DNA of 64,000 nucleotides, taken from the NCBI GenBank assembly GCA_965140445.1, contig OZ223236.1, forward strand, positions 4,775,191-4,839,190, given 5' to 3'. Shown in pieces: positions 9,851 through 19,781 of the stretch. This DNA comes from Candidatus Ozemobacteraceae bacterium (lineage in GTDB: Bacteria > Muiribacteriota > Ozemobacteria > Ozemobacterales > Ozemobacteraceae). Position 1 is the first letter of the stretch. Every line of letters starts with the position of its first letter. The notes beneath the pieces are model-generated. The model ran no database searches. It was given only the letters and a program-made list of their open reading frames with translations, and was not told where the DNA came from. Made by a program: the position numbers and the translations under genes.

Positions 9851-10345
9851 TTATTTTACAACTGCGCCTGCTACTTCAGCTGCTGCAACCATTACATTTG
9901 GATTGCTGAGAATCAAAATTCCAACAACCATCGCAAATAGTCCTACAGATTCGGCGATACCCATAGCAACAATGATGTTACCAAAGCCTTTTCCACCGTT
10001 TTCAACAAGACATCTTACTCCGGCTGCGCCGATCATGCCCTGAAAATATGCAGAGAAGAGTTCGCAAAATCCAACACCTACTGCAATACCGAACAGAACC
10101 GCACCATTGTCAGCTGTGCTTGCAAATGGAGCCATAAGGAAATAAAGAATCATACAATACAAAGTCTGGCTAACAGGCATACCAACCAAACCATTGAATT
10201 TACCAGAAAGAGGTTTTCCTTCTTTACCTTCTTTTGCCCAGGCTGCTGCTGAAGCAAGACCTGCAGCTCTAATCCCAAGACAGCTACCAAGTCCACCGAA
10301 ACCCATTATGAGACCCAATGAGAGTTTTCCCAAAAAAGCATACAT
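9851..10345 (-). CDS. ntpK: V-type ATPase proteolipid subunit K
   Basis: 164 aa with four hydrophobic helices. Motifs PVSQTLY, FQGMIGAAG and GIAESVG align with the Enterococcus hirae NtpK ion-binding helices. Confidence 0.85.
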   Translation of the reverse strand: MYAFLGKLSLGLIMGFGGLGSCLGIRAAGLASAAAWAKEGKEGKPLSGKFNGLVGMPVSQTLYCMILYFLMAPFASTADNGAVLFGIAVGVGFCELFSAYFQGMIGAAGVRCLVENGGKGFGNIIVAMGIAESVGLFAMVVGILILSNPNVMVAAAEVAGAVVK

Positions 10346-10368
10346 ATTTCTACTCCTTGAAAGTAATT

Positions 10369-12159
10369 TTACTTGATTTCTTTATAAGGATCGTATTCTC
10401 GACCCGACCAATCGAGTTCAAGATGATTTGAGAACTCTAATAGATTCAAGCGAACACCATGAGCAAGAATCGCGATAACACCCAGAATAATATTGATTGC
10501 ATGGCCAGCAACCAAAACCGGAACCTTAAAGAATATGCCAGGAACCATAAAGAACGTACTTGGAATCATCTCTGCAATATTATTAAAAGCACCGGCAACC
10601 TTACCACCAGCAAGACCAACAGCCCATAACCTGATATAACTTACGATATCAGAAAAACAGGCTGAAGCATTTTGTGCAATAGCACCCAAGCCACTCAAAA
10701 TACTTTTGAAAATGTTCCAAGATGGATTTGTGAACACAAGTATTAAGAACAGAGAGATTTTAAAGAATGGTCCAACCCATTCCTCTGGCATAACAAAGCC
10801 CTCTCCAATAATTAGCTTACAGATTATTCCATACATACCCCATACGAATATAACCCAGCCAATTTCAGATAGAACCTTTATGTCTATTTTTCTTCTCATT
10901 ACCTTCATCACATGAGCTACAGTCAGATGAACTGCACCCATAAGGAAACAAATCCCCTGGAGAAACTTCATTCCCTCTGGAGTGTCTGCATTAAAGCTGT
11001 TAACTTCAATCAAACGTGCTCCAAAATATGTGTTAGTAACGATTCCATAGACGCTAACTCCACCGAATAGACACAGAGCTAGATTTAAAGCGCGCTTATC
11101 AAACCCCTTGTCTGCCAATGGCTTATATGCAATAGCAACTGCTACAAGAACCAATAGACCATAGCCTGCATCCGCAAGAAGAAAAGAAGAGAATATCGCC
11201 AACATAAGCATAAACAGCCAGCTTGTGTCTGGTTCATTATAACTTGGTGTTAATCCCATGAAGTCATAAAGAGGCTTTACGCTTGCAGCAAAACTTGAAT
11301 TTTCCAGCTTTGTTGGTGGAATATCTTCCTCTGAAGGCTCTTCAAGCTGTATTCCGACATTCAAAGACGCTTCTTCGAAAGCAGTTTCCAGAACCTTTTG
11401 CTCACTTTCAGGACAGAATCCCTGAAGAACAAAAATTTCTGCTTCGTGATGAGCTCCAGTTTCAACTTCCGAATATTGCTTTTCATTAAAAAGCTTTTTC
11501 TGGAAGTTTTCCAAATCTTCACGGCGTAAAGCAAGAGATTTCAGATCATTCTTATGCTCTTCAATCTTTCGCTTTAAACTGCTGATTTCTGAAACTATTT
11601 CAGTATCTTCTCTCGAAGGCTTGGCAATAACTGTCAGATCGGATGGAACTTCAAATTCTTCTTTTGTAGCTCCAACTGCCCAACAGATTCCAGATTCAGT
11701 TTTACATACGTTAACCAGGAGTCCATCAAGGTTTCTAATTGAATTTTCAGCGCCTTTGAGGAAATAAAATTTCACTCCAGTTTGCTCAAGTTCTTCAATA
11801 TCTTTTAAGCCAAGCTCTCCCCAAGGGGAAATCTTTTCTAACTCCTGATTTAACACGGAAATTTTTTCTTCCAGCTTAGGAATAGCCTCATCATGCGCTA
11901 CAATCTCTTCCATTATTCTGGAAGGAGTTCCCGGAGCTGGAATTTTATCTTTTTGATTTTCGCCAGGGGCAAACTGCTCAATAATTGCAAGTGCTCTTTT
12001 ACAGTTATCTAATTCCCTTGAAACACCTTCAGGAACTATAACAGAAGATGGATCTACGGGATCTATATGGACAACTTCAGAGTTCCTGAGAACTTCAAGA
12101 ACCTTATCTTTATCGCTAATTTTGCCAGCGAGGAGGATCTTTTTCATAGGTGTAATCAT
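10369..12159 (-). CDS. ntpI: V-type ATPase subunit I (a-subunit)
   Basis: 596 aa. Soluble coiled-coil N-terminal half and polytopic C-terminal half ending ...RLWAVGLAGG...HGVRLNLLEFSNH. Position lies between D and K. Confidence 0.85.
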   Translation of the reverse strand: MITPMKKILLAGKISDKDKVLEVLRNSEVVHIDPVDPSSVIVPEGVSRELDNCKRALAIIEQFAPGENQKDKIPAPGTPSRIMEEIVAHDEAIPKLEEKISVLNQELEKISPWGELGLKDIEELEQTGVKFYFLKGAENSIRNLDGLLVNVCKTESGICWAVGATKEEFEVPSDLTVIAKPSREDTEIVSEISSLKRKIEEHKNDLKSLALRREDLENFQKKLFNEKQYSEVETGAHHEAEIFVLQGFCPESEQKVLETAFEEASLNVGIQLEEPSEEDIPPTKLENSSFAASVKPLYDFMGLTPSYNEPDTSWLFMLMLAIFSSFLLADAGYGLLVLVAVAIAYKPLADKGFDKRALNLALCLFGGVSVYGIVTNTYFGARLIEVNSFNADTPEGMKFLQGICFLMGAVHLTVAHVMKVMRRKIDIKVLSEIGWVIFVWGMYGIICKLIIGEGFVMPEEWVGPFFKISLFLILVFTNPSWNIFKSILSGLGAIAQNASACFSDIVSYIRLWAVGLAGGKVAGAFNNIAEMIPSTFFMVPGIFFKVPVLVAGHAINIILGVIAILAHGVRLNLLEFSNHLELDWSGREYDPYKEIK

Positions 12160-12171
12160 AAACTTGCCTCC

Positions 12172-12771
12172 TTAAGCCGCTGACTTGGACTTGGCGATTT
12201 TAGATCTACCAACAGCCGCAGTCTGCTCTTCAGCCAGTGCAATTCGAATAAGTCTGATATTCTCTTTTGCACGCGGAATCATAATTTTCTCAAACAGGTT
12301 AACGCGCTGAGTAACTTTTCGCAGTTCCTTTTGCAGAAGCCTTTCCTGTTCGTGAAGGACTTTTACCGTCTCACGAAGTTCCATTAAATCCTTAATAAAC
12401 GCCAGGCCTTTATCAATCCACGAAGGAGTATAAAGACGGCTATAAGGACTAACTTCGTATTCAACCTTTGCAAGAATTGGCAGTTTTATCCCCGCCACGT
12501 TTCTTATTCCACGTTGAATATCTTTTACTCTAACAAGTCTCGTCACTTTTCCAGGAAGGGATTCGCTGAACAATGAAGCCCAGCTGCTTATTTCGCGAAT
12601 GCGTGCAGCCATCTGTTCATCAAGCTTCTTGCATTCGGCTCTGACTTTTAGAATTTCAGATTGTATCTGCTGCTTCTTCAAAATCAGAGTTGGCAGGAAC
12701 CGCTGAAACATACCCAGCTGTCTTCGCTGTTTCAGTAGTTCAGGTCTGGTTTTTTTTATTTTTTCAGCCAT
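12172..12771 (-). CDS. ntpD: V-type ATPase subunit D
   Basis: 199 aa, helical and basic (TRPELLKQRRQL...); sits after B and before I. Confidence 0.85.
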   Translation of the reverse strand: MAEKIKKTRPELLKQRRQLGMFQRFLPTLILKKQQIQSEILKVRAECKKLDEQMAARIREISSWASLFSESLPGKVTRLVRVKDIQRGIRNVAGIKLPILAKVEYEVSPYSRLYTPSWIDKGLAFIKDLMELRETVKVLHEQERLLQKELRKVTQRVNLFEKIMIPRAKENIRLIRIALAEEQTAAVGRSKIAKSKSAA

Positions 12772-12785
12772 AATCCCTCTCTATA

Positions 12786-14081
12786 CTAATTCTTAGGCCA
12801 GAATTCGTCACAGAGATTTGATCTAATACCAGTTTCTCTTGGTTCAAAATGGTCAGCAAGGATTTTCCAGCATTTGTCTAAAGCATCAAACAAGCTGACG
12901 TTAGCATCAAATGACATGATTTCTTTTTCAAAAGAATCACCATATTTGATGAGCTTCATATCCCATTCAGACATTTCAAAACCCATGGCACGTTTTTCTC
13001 GAGTTTCACGACACTTTGAATATAGCTGGATACAACCATCCATAATCGCACGGTGATCATCGCGGGTTTTTCCGTTAACCTGCTGTTTTAGACGAGACAA
13101 AGAACCAAATGGATCAATAACGCCATTCTTGAGATAGAACTGACCTTCAGTGATGTAGCCAGTATTATCCGGAACAGGATGGGTAACATCATCGCCTGGC
13201 ATTGTAGTAACAGCCATCAATGTAAGCGACCCACCTTCTTCAAAAACAACAGCTTTTTCGTATCTTGAAGCGAGCTGTGAATAGAGATCTCCAGGATAAC
13301 CACGGTTAGATGGAATCTGTTCCATGGTGATAGAAATTTCTTTCAGAGCATTCGAGAAGTTTGTCATATCAGTCAGAAGAACCAGAACTCTCTTGCCTTC
13401 AACAGCAAAGCGCTCTGCCACTGTCAAAGCAATATCAGGAGTCTGCAGACATTCAACAACAGGATCAGCAGCAGTATGAATAAACATGATCGAACGTGAC
13501 ATTGCGCCACCCTCTTCAAGTTTATTTTTGAAAAACAAGTATTCATCATACTTTAGACCCATGCCGCCAAAAATAATTACATCAGCTTCAGCCTGAAGAG
13601 CGATTCTCGCCAGCAATTCGTTGTATGGCTCACCGGCAATTGAGAAAATTGGCAGTTTCTGACCTTCAACAAGTGTGTTGAAAACATCAATCATCGGGAT
13701 GCTGGTTGGAATCATACGATGTGGCATCAATCTGATCGCCGGGTTAACAGACGGGCCGCCAACTGGAATCAAATTGTCAGTCAATTCGCTTCTTCCATCA
13801 CGAGGCTCGCCGCTTCCGGAGAAAATTCTCCCGAAAAGATCTTCAGAAAAACTGAATCTCATGGATGAACCTAGAAATGAAACCTTATCTCCGGTTGAAA
13901 CGCCGCGCGTTCCAGAGAAAACCTGCAAAGCAACTTCTTCGCCGTTAATCTTAATAACCTGAGCCAGAGACTTGCCCCAGTCACCTTCAACAACGGCTAA
14001 TTCTTCATAACCAACGTCTTTGGCTTTAAGAGTGGCAACGTTACCAGCGATATTGTCGATCTTGGTGTAATACTTACGCAT
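12786..14081 (-). CDS. ntpB: V-type ATPase subunit B
   Basis: 431 aa with a typical non-catalytic B sequence ([31 protein letters not shown]). Confidence 0.95.
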   Translation of the reverse strand: MRKYYTKIDNIAGNVATLKAKDVGYEELAVVEGDWGKSLAQVIKINGEEVALQVFSGTRGVSTGDKVSFLGSSMRFSFSEDLFGRIFSGSGEPRDGRSELTDNLIPVGGPSVNPAIRLMPHRMIPTSIPMIDVFNTLVEGQKLPIFSIAGEPYNELLARIALQAEADVIIFGGMGLKYDEYLFFKNKLEEGGAMSRSIMFIHTAADPVVECLQTPDIALTVAERFAVEGKRVLVLLTDMTNFSNALKEISITMEQIPSNRGYPGDLYSQLASRYEKAVVFEEGGSLTLMAVTTMPGDDVTHPVPDNTGYITEGQFYLKNGVIDPFGSLSRLKQQVNGKTRDDHRAIMDGCIQLYSKCRETREKRAMGFEMSEWDMKLIKYGDSFEKEIMSFDANVSLFDALDKCWKILADHFEPRETGIRSNLCDEFWPKN

Positions 14082-15810
14082 TGGCAGCTACCCCCTTGGA
14101 TTTGAGTGTTTCATTAAGTTGCTTTTCAGCAGCTTTGAGTTTGTCACTACCCCATTCAGAATAGTTCCAATCTCTGAATTCTTCAGTTAAAGCAAAGAAA
14201 GTGTCTCGGGCTTCAGATTTTGTTTCAAAAACAAATTCACCTTCAAGAACGTTACAAACCATATCGAACAGATATTTTTGTCTATCAGTTGGACAGGCTG
14301 CATCAACTTCATCAAAGGAGTTCTGTTGCAAATAAACACTATCAAGGAATTCAGACTTCAAATAGGTAACAAAGTCATCAGTTGATGTTCCTTCTTCACC
14401 AACAACCTGCATCATCTCAAAAATTGTTTTTCCGCGTTTAAGGAAATTGTGCGCCCAGGCAACTCTTTCTGGATCGATTAATCCAGTGTATTTTGACCAG
14501 GATTCAAGAGGATCAATTGCAGGGAATCGTCTCGCATACGAACGGGCATAAGACAGTCCGAGGAAAGATCCAACAACTTTAAGAGTACCCTGAGTAACAG
14601 GTTCTTCAAAGTTACCACCAGCTGGACTAACTGTTCCGCCAATGGTAAGGGATGCTTTGCGTCCATCATTAAGTTCAACGATTCCGCCTCTTTCATAGAA
14701 ACGGGCAATTGAGCTTTCAAGATATGCCGGGAATGCTTCTTCACCAGGAATTTCTTCCAGACGTCCGCTCATTTCGCGAAGAGCCTGCGCCCAACGTGAC
14801 GTTGAATCGGCAAGCATAAGAACATTCAAGCCAACCTGTCTGTAATATTCACCAAGAGTAACAGCTGTATAAACCGACGATTCACGCGCGGCAACAGGCA
14901 TACTGGAGGTATTACAGATGATAATAGTTCTTTCAATCAGAGTTTTACCTGTTCTTGGATCTTTAAGGTGTGGAAATTCTCTAAGAGTTTCAACAACCTC
15001 ACCAGCACGCTCTCCGCAGGCTGCAACGATAACCAGATCGATTTCGGCATGTCTACTTGTGATCTGCTGAAGAACAGTCTTACCAGCACCAAATGGTCCA
15101 GGAATACAATAAGTTCCGCCCAGCATAACCGGGAAGAAAGTATCGATAATTCTCTGCTTGGTAACCATCGGTTCTGTAGGCAACAGTCTTTCTTTATAAA
15201 TTCCGAGTGGAAGTCTAACAGGCCATCTCTGGATCATATTAACAGAAAGAGTTTCGCCATCTTTTTCAAGAACAGCTATTTCTGAATCAACTTTGTATTT
15301 ACCGGACTTGGCCAATTTTTTAATCTTCCATTCACCTCTTAAAGTAAAAGGAGCCATAATGAAATGATCAAAAATCTTTTCTTTGACCTTACCAATATTC
15401 TGGGCAGCTACAACCACATCACCTTCTTTGGCGATTGGTTCAAAATCCCAGTCCTGTTCTCTATCCAGAGCAGCAAGATAGTTTCCTGGTTCCAGGAATT
15501 TTCCTACTTTTTCCGCAAGCTCAGGAAGAGGATTCTGTAGTCCGTCATAAACCATTCCTATCAGGCCAGGTCCTAATTCCACCGAAAGCAATTCGTCAGT
15601 AACCTCTACAGGGTCTCCAACCTTCAAGCCTCTGGTTAATTCAAAAACCTGCATATCAGCGCGATTACCTCTGATACGAATTATTTCTGACATGAGTTTT
15701 ACACCATCTGAACGCTGACAATATGCAACTGCGTTCTGCCTTACAGAACCTTCAACTTCAGCAGTGACCATATTGCCATATACGGTTACAATCTTACCGA
15801 TTGAACTCAC
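14074..15810 (-). CDS. ntpA: V-type ATPase catalytic subunit A
   Basis: 578 aa. Walker [24 protein letters not shown], and the non-homologous insert typical of A subunits. Confidence 0.95.
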   Translation of the reverse strand: MSSIGKIVTVYGNMVTAEVEGSVRQNAVAYCQRSDGVKLMSEIIRIRGNRADMQVFELTRGLKVGDPVEVTDELLSVELGPGLIGMVYDGLQNPLPELAEKVGKFLEPGNYLAALDREQDWDFEPIAKEGDVVVAAQNIGKVKEKIFDHFIMAPFTLRGEWKIKKLAKSGKYKVDSEIAVLEKDGETLSVNMIQRWPVRLPLGIYKERLLPTEPMVTKQRIIDTFFPVMLGGTYCIPGPFGAGKTVLQQITSRHAEIDLVIVAACGERAGEVVETLREFPHLKDPRTGKTLIERTIIICNTSSMPVAARESSVYTAVTLGEYYRQVGLNVLMLADSTSRWAQALREMSGRLEEIPGEEAFPAYLESSIARFYERGGIVELNDGRKASLTIGGTVSPAGGNFEEPVTQGTLKVVGSFLGLSYARSYARRFPAIDPLESWSKYTGLIDPERVAWAHNFLKRGKTIFEMMQVVGEEGTSTDDFVTYLKSEFLDSVYLQQNSFDEVDAACPTDRQKYLFDMVCNVLEGEFVFETKSEARDTFFALTEEFRDWNYSEWGSDKLKAAEKQLNETLKSKGVAANA

Positions 15811-16526
15811 AGCGCGGTAACCTCCTCAAGAATTTTTCGCCCTTCATCCAGGTTTAAACGTGCATATCGGGCATGAATACGCAATTCAAGCATATAGGCT
15901 ACCAGTTCATCAATTTCAAATGAATATTCAGAAGCCTTTTCTCTTAAGAAATCTATTCTAACCTGGTCCAGGAACATTTCTGCCTTCATTGGCTCTTCAA
16001 TAGAAGACCAGGAATGAATAATGTCCTGAAAGTGTGCTAACAAATTACTTTCATCTTCAGCTAAGAAATCAGGCAAAAGAGAGTCTGAATCATCTGGAGT
16101 AATCCCAGACTTTTTCAGGCGCTCAATCCTCAGGCAAGAGCGAAAGGCCCATTCCCAACGTGCCCATTCGGCAAGCAATCCAGACTCAGCCTTGCGACCA
16201 GTTTCAATTATTAATTTAAACCAGGCCTCATTAATGGCAGTGAGCCAATCAGCTTCTTCCAGATCTTTATAACTGAAGAAAACATTTCTAAAATCTTCTG
16301 GTAAATCTTCTGAAATGACTGGTTCATATTCTGAATCAGACATTACAAAATGGTGCAATCCAGTTTCCTGAATAACAAATTCGAGCTCCAGAAGTTCTGA
16401 GAGAGAATCAAGATTGCTCTTTCCCTCTTCCTTTAACAGTCGATAAGCATCGCTTTCTACCAGCGGCTGTCCCAACTGGGGCAAAGAAGGTAAAAGGGTT
16501 AAGAGATAATATAAGCGACTAGACAC
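15807..16526 (-). CDS. DUF2764-like protein (occupies the subunit C position in Bacteroidetes/Chlamydia-type V-ATPase operons)
   Basis: 239 aa with an N-terminal YYLLTLLPSLPQL motif. Lies between the E and A genes and overlaps A by 4 nt. Family assignment is from memory of the DUF2764 signature. Confidence 0.55.
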   Translation of the reverse strand: MSSRLYYLLTLLPSLPQLGQPLVESDAYRLLKEEGKSNLDSLSELLELEFVIQETGLHHFVMSDSEYEPVISEDLPEDFRNVFFSYKDLEEADWLTAINEAWFKLIIETGRKAESGLLAEWARWEWAFRSCLRIERLKKSGITPDDSDSLLPDFLAEDESNLLAHFQDIIHSWSSIEEPMKAEMFLDQVRIDFLREKASEYSFEIDELVAYMLELRIHARYARLNLDEGRKILEEVTAL

Positions 16527-16540
16527 AGTTATTTCTACGC

Positions 16541-17134
16541 CTATTCCTTTTCAATTATTTTCTTTAACTCTGGAGAAAGGAGCTTTTTAAAAGCTTCAGT
16601 AACCGAATCTTCAGTTACTTCTATTACTTCTGTTCCAGAATCAGATCTTAATTCAAAACCAGCTTTGTTAAGTCCTTCTGCCATTTTCACAGTCGCACCC
16701 TTTTCTTTGAACAGGTTTGCAACAACTTCGGCGAGAGGCTTTGCCACACTTTTTCCAAGAGCCAGTTCCCACTCTCTGCCAGTTTCCTGGTTTTTCAGTA
16801 GTTCAGAAATAGAACTTTTTATCACCTCTTCGGTGTTTAGCTGTTCAGCAACTTTTCCTTTTAATAGAGATGCACCAACGTCCTCTATTCTTTTTTTCAA
16901 ACCAGTCATTAAATCTCTGGCTACAAGTTGCATTTCAGACTCAGATCTATGCTTTTTATTGGTTATTTCGAGCTCAGCGTCTTTCAGCATTTTTTCAGCT
17001 TCAACCTTAGCGTCTGCAATGATCTTTTTACCTTTCTGATTGGCTTCAGAAAGTAAGCTTTCAGCTTCTTTTTTTGCGGCGTCTATGCCGTCTTCCTTCA
17101 GCTGCTTAGCAAATGCTGCAACATCAGTTCCCAT
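16541..17134 (-). CDS. ntpE: V-type ATPase subunit E
   Basis: 197 aa. Long charged N-terminal helix (AAKKEAESLLSEANQKGKKIIADAKVEAEKML) and a globular C-terminus. First gene of the operon. Confidence 0.75.
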   Translation of the reverse strand: MGTDVAAFAKQLKEDGIDAAKKEAESLLSEANQKGKKIIADAKVEAEKMLKDAELEITNKKHRSESEMQLVARDLMTGLKKRIEDVGASLLKGKVAEQLNTEEVIKSSISELLKNQETGREWELALGKSVAKPLAEVVANLFKEKGATVKMAEGLNKAGFELRSDSGTEVIEVTEDSVTEAFKKLLSPELKKIIEKE

Positions 17135-17336
17135 TGCCTTACTCCTTAATTTCAGGATACCTTGAGACGGCTTCCCGTACTCACACCATAGGATATAACA
17201 CTAACCTTCTTTTTTTTCAACTTGGACGTCTTTGCCTCCTTAATTTCGGAGTTACAATATTTTTAACTTCTGTTAAGTTTTTGTCTAATTAATGCCGATG
17301 ATTTTCCTGAATAGAAAAGCATTGAGGAGGTAGACT

Positions 17337-19691
17337 ATGAACCGTTGGAAACGCGCCGCAGTAATTGGTGCCCTTCTAACAGCCGTAAATGCGGGGACAC
17401 CAGTCCTTGCGAGTTTAAACAGAGGTATTACTGATTCCCAGACCGCAGCGATAAATGTTACCAAACATTTTCCAGCTGATATGGCCACTGGAGTTGCAGC
17501 AAACACACCTCTTACGGTTGAATTTGGAGGAGCTGTAAGCCAGTCCTTCTATCAAACAATTAACTTAAGTCTTTTTCAGGGAACTTCCCCGATTGAAGGA
17601 GAGTTATTCTATAATCCATCAGCCCGCCAGATTATGTTCAAGTCAAAAACTCCTTTAGAAGAAGGTAAGACTTATACTGCTCAGGTATCTTATTTTGACG
17701 GACTCGGTCGAACCTCAGAGAAGCTTTGGAGTTTCCAGACATCAGGGAAACAGGCCATGAACACACCAGCCGCACCACAATCTGCAGCCCCTGCTCAAGC
17801 CGCCTCAACCTCTAACAATCAGCAGGACTTCCTCAACATCTCAAATGCAAATATGGGATCAGGTTTCATAAAAGCAGAAACCCCCATGGAAATTTCATTT
17901 TCAGCTCCTCTCGATATAGCCTCATTAAAATCCGCCCCGATAAAATTGTATCAAGGGCAAAGAGCAATTGGAGTTGATTACAAGCTGTCCAGAGACATGA
18001 AAACTGTTACAGTTGGAGCCAGAGAAGATCTTAAAGCTGGCGAAGCCTATACAATTCTCGTAGACAAGTCAATTGCAGGAAATACAGGCGCCAATCTCCG
18101 CAAGAACACTTTGATTCCATTCAAATTTGGGGTTAAAGATGACGGAATAAATGTTGCAGCTCATGAAATCAATGAAACTCCTGCACCGGCGAGAAGAGCT
18201 GCTCCAGTTCGATCGGCCAATCATGGCCTCAACAATCCATTTGATAATGAAATAGCCCAGGTAAAGAATTTTACTCCCAGAAACAGAATGGCTCCTGCTC
18301 AAAAGCCTCAAGCCCTTTCTTCTATTCCAGTTCAAGTAACTGGACTCGCTCCTCAGAACGGTGCAAGAGTAACAAACTTGACTCAGCCTATTACTGTAGG
18401 TTTCAGCGAAGAAATTCGCTCTGAAACTCTTAACGAATTCACTTTCAGACTGGAAGATGATTTTGGCCCGGTTCCAGCAAAGATTCACTATTTTGCAGGA
18501 AGAAAACAAGCCACTTTAACTCCAATTGGAATGCTCGATAGCAATAGGACCTATAGAGTTGTAGTGACTCAGGGAATCACAGACCAAACAGGAAAGCCAA
18601 TTAGAACAGGAATCTCATCAACCTTCTTAACAGTTTCTCCTGTCGCCTCTCCTGCAGTTCCTCAAATGTTTGCGTCGCGCCCGGACGTTGGTGCAGCCAA
18701 CTATCAAAACACTCCTCCAATAAATGAAGCCAGAGAACTTGAATCCTTAGAGATTGAATCTGCTCAGAGAAGAGCTCCTCAGGCTGCTCAAAGACAAATT
18801 AATCAACCTATCAGAAGAGTTGCCTCTGCAAATTCCCAAAGAAGAATTCAAAACACTCAGAAATCAACTCCCGCACCTGTAGCAAAACTCGAAAACTTCA
18901 AAATTGCTGCTATTTATCCGGGAGCAAGAGCAAGCAAGGTTTCTCGAAGCAGCAAAATAGCAGTTCATTTCTCAGAACCAGCAGACCCTTCAACTGTAAA
19001 CAACATTAACATTTCGGTTTTCGGAAATCAGCGCAGAGTTGAAGGAAAAGTTGTATACGACCAGAGAAAAAACCGTGCTGTTTTTGAGCCATCATCTCCT
19101 CTCAGCTCAAATACTGAATATAAAGTAATAGTTTCAGACAAAATCAAAAGCAGAAAAGGTGAATCACTTCAGAAGCATTCATGGCAATTTGCTACTGCAA
19201 CAGACCTGAGAAGAAAATATCAGCCAAGAAAAACAGCTGAAGCTGACGCAGCGTTTTATATTCCTCTTGCAGATGGAAAAGCTAGACGCAATCCTGCCAA
19301 GACCAGAAGCGATAATCCAGGATTGAAAACTTCTTCAGGCGGAGGAGCTTTCAATTTCGTAGATCCCAAGCACTGGGCCTTCAAATCTGTAAGACATATT
19401 TCAAACAAAGGAATTCTGAATTCATTTCCGTTCCTTTATACCGACAGCGTTACCAGATATGAATTTGCCAGTGTTATCAGCTCTGCCTTGAGTAATATAA
19501 AATCCATGCAGAATTCTCCTGCCAGACCAGAGCTCAAGATAGCCGATCTTGTTCAACTGGAAAGTTTGATTATTGAATTCCGCAGCGAATTGAAATCATA
19601 CGGAATCAACCCATCATGGTTTGAAGGATTTCTTAAAGCCCAGGGTGTTAACCTCCAACAACTTGAGCTTAAAGTTCGCAAAATGAAATAA
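17337..19691 (+). CDS. Secreted surface protein with SbsA-type Ig-like repeats and a C-terminal SLH domain plus coiled coil
   Basis: Signal peptide MNRWKRAAVIGALLTAVNAGTPVLA. Repeated modules of the form 'P..GA..V....PI.V.FSE'. SLH motif at 19350..19496 (FVDPKHWAFKSVRHISNKGILNSF...VTRYEFASVISSAL). GAGGAGG RBS. Confidence 0.65.
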   Translation: MNRWKRAAVIGALLTAVNAGTPVLASLNRGITDSQTAAINVTKHFPADMATGVAANTPLTVEFGGAVSQSFYQTINLSLFQGTSPIEGELFYNPSARQIMFKSKTPLEEGKTYTAQVSYFDGLGRTSEKLWSFQTSGKQAMNTPAAPQSAAPAQAASTSNNQQDFLNISNANMGSGFIKAETPMEISFSAPLDIASLKSAPIKLYQGQRAIGVDYKLSRDMKTVTVGAREDLKAGEAYTILVDKSIAGNTGANLRKNTLIPFKFGVKDDGINVAAHEINETPAPARRAAPVRSANHGLNNPFDNEIAQVKNFTPRNRMAPAQKPQALSSIPVQVTGLAPQNGARVTNLTQPITVGFSEEIRSETLNEFTFRLEDDFGPVPAKIHYFAGRKQATLTPIGMLDSNRTYRVVVTQGITDQTGKPIRTGISSTFLTVSPVASPAVPQMFASRPDVGAANYQNTPPINEARELESLEIESAQRRAPQAAQRQINQPIRRVASANSQRRIQNTQKSTPAPVAKLENFKIAAIYPGARASKVSRSSKIAVHFSEPADPSTVNNINISVFGNQRRVEGKVVYDQRKNRAVFEPSSPLSSNTEYKVIVSDKIKSRKGESLQKHSWQFATATDLRRKYQPRKTAEADAAFYIPLADGKARRNPAKTRSDNPGLKTSSGGGAFNFVDPKHWAFKSVRHISNKGILNSFPFLYTDSVTRYEFASVISSALSNIKSMQNSPARPELKIADLVQLESLIIEFRSELKSYGINPSWFEGFLKAQGVNLQQLELKVRKMK

Positions 19692-19707
19692 AACTTTGGT
19701 AGAAAAA

Positions 19708-19741
19708 GGGCCGTCTTCAAATTGAAGACGGCCCTTTTTTT
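19708..19741. terminator. Bidirectional rho-independent terminator between convergent genes
   Basis: GGGCCGTCTTC/GAAGACGGCCC hairpin flanked by an A-run upstream and T7 downstream. Confidence 0.8.
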
Positions 19742-19781
19742 ATTGCAGCCAGTAAAATATTGTTACAATGAGATTAATCGA

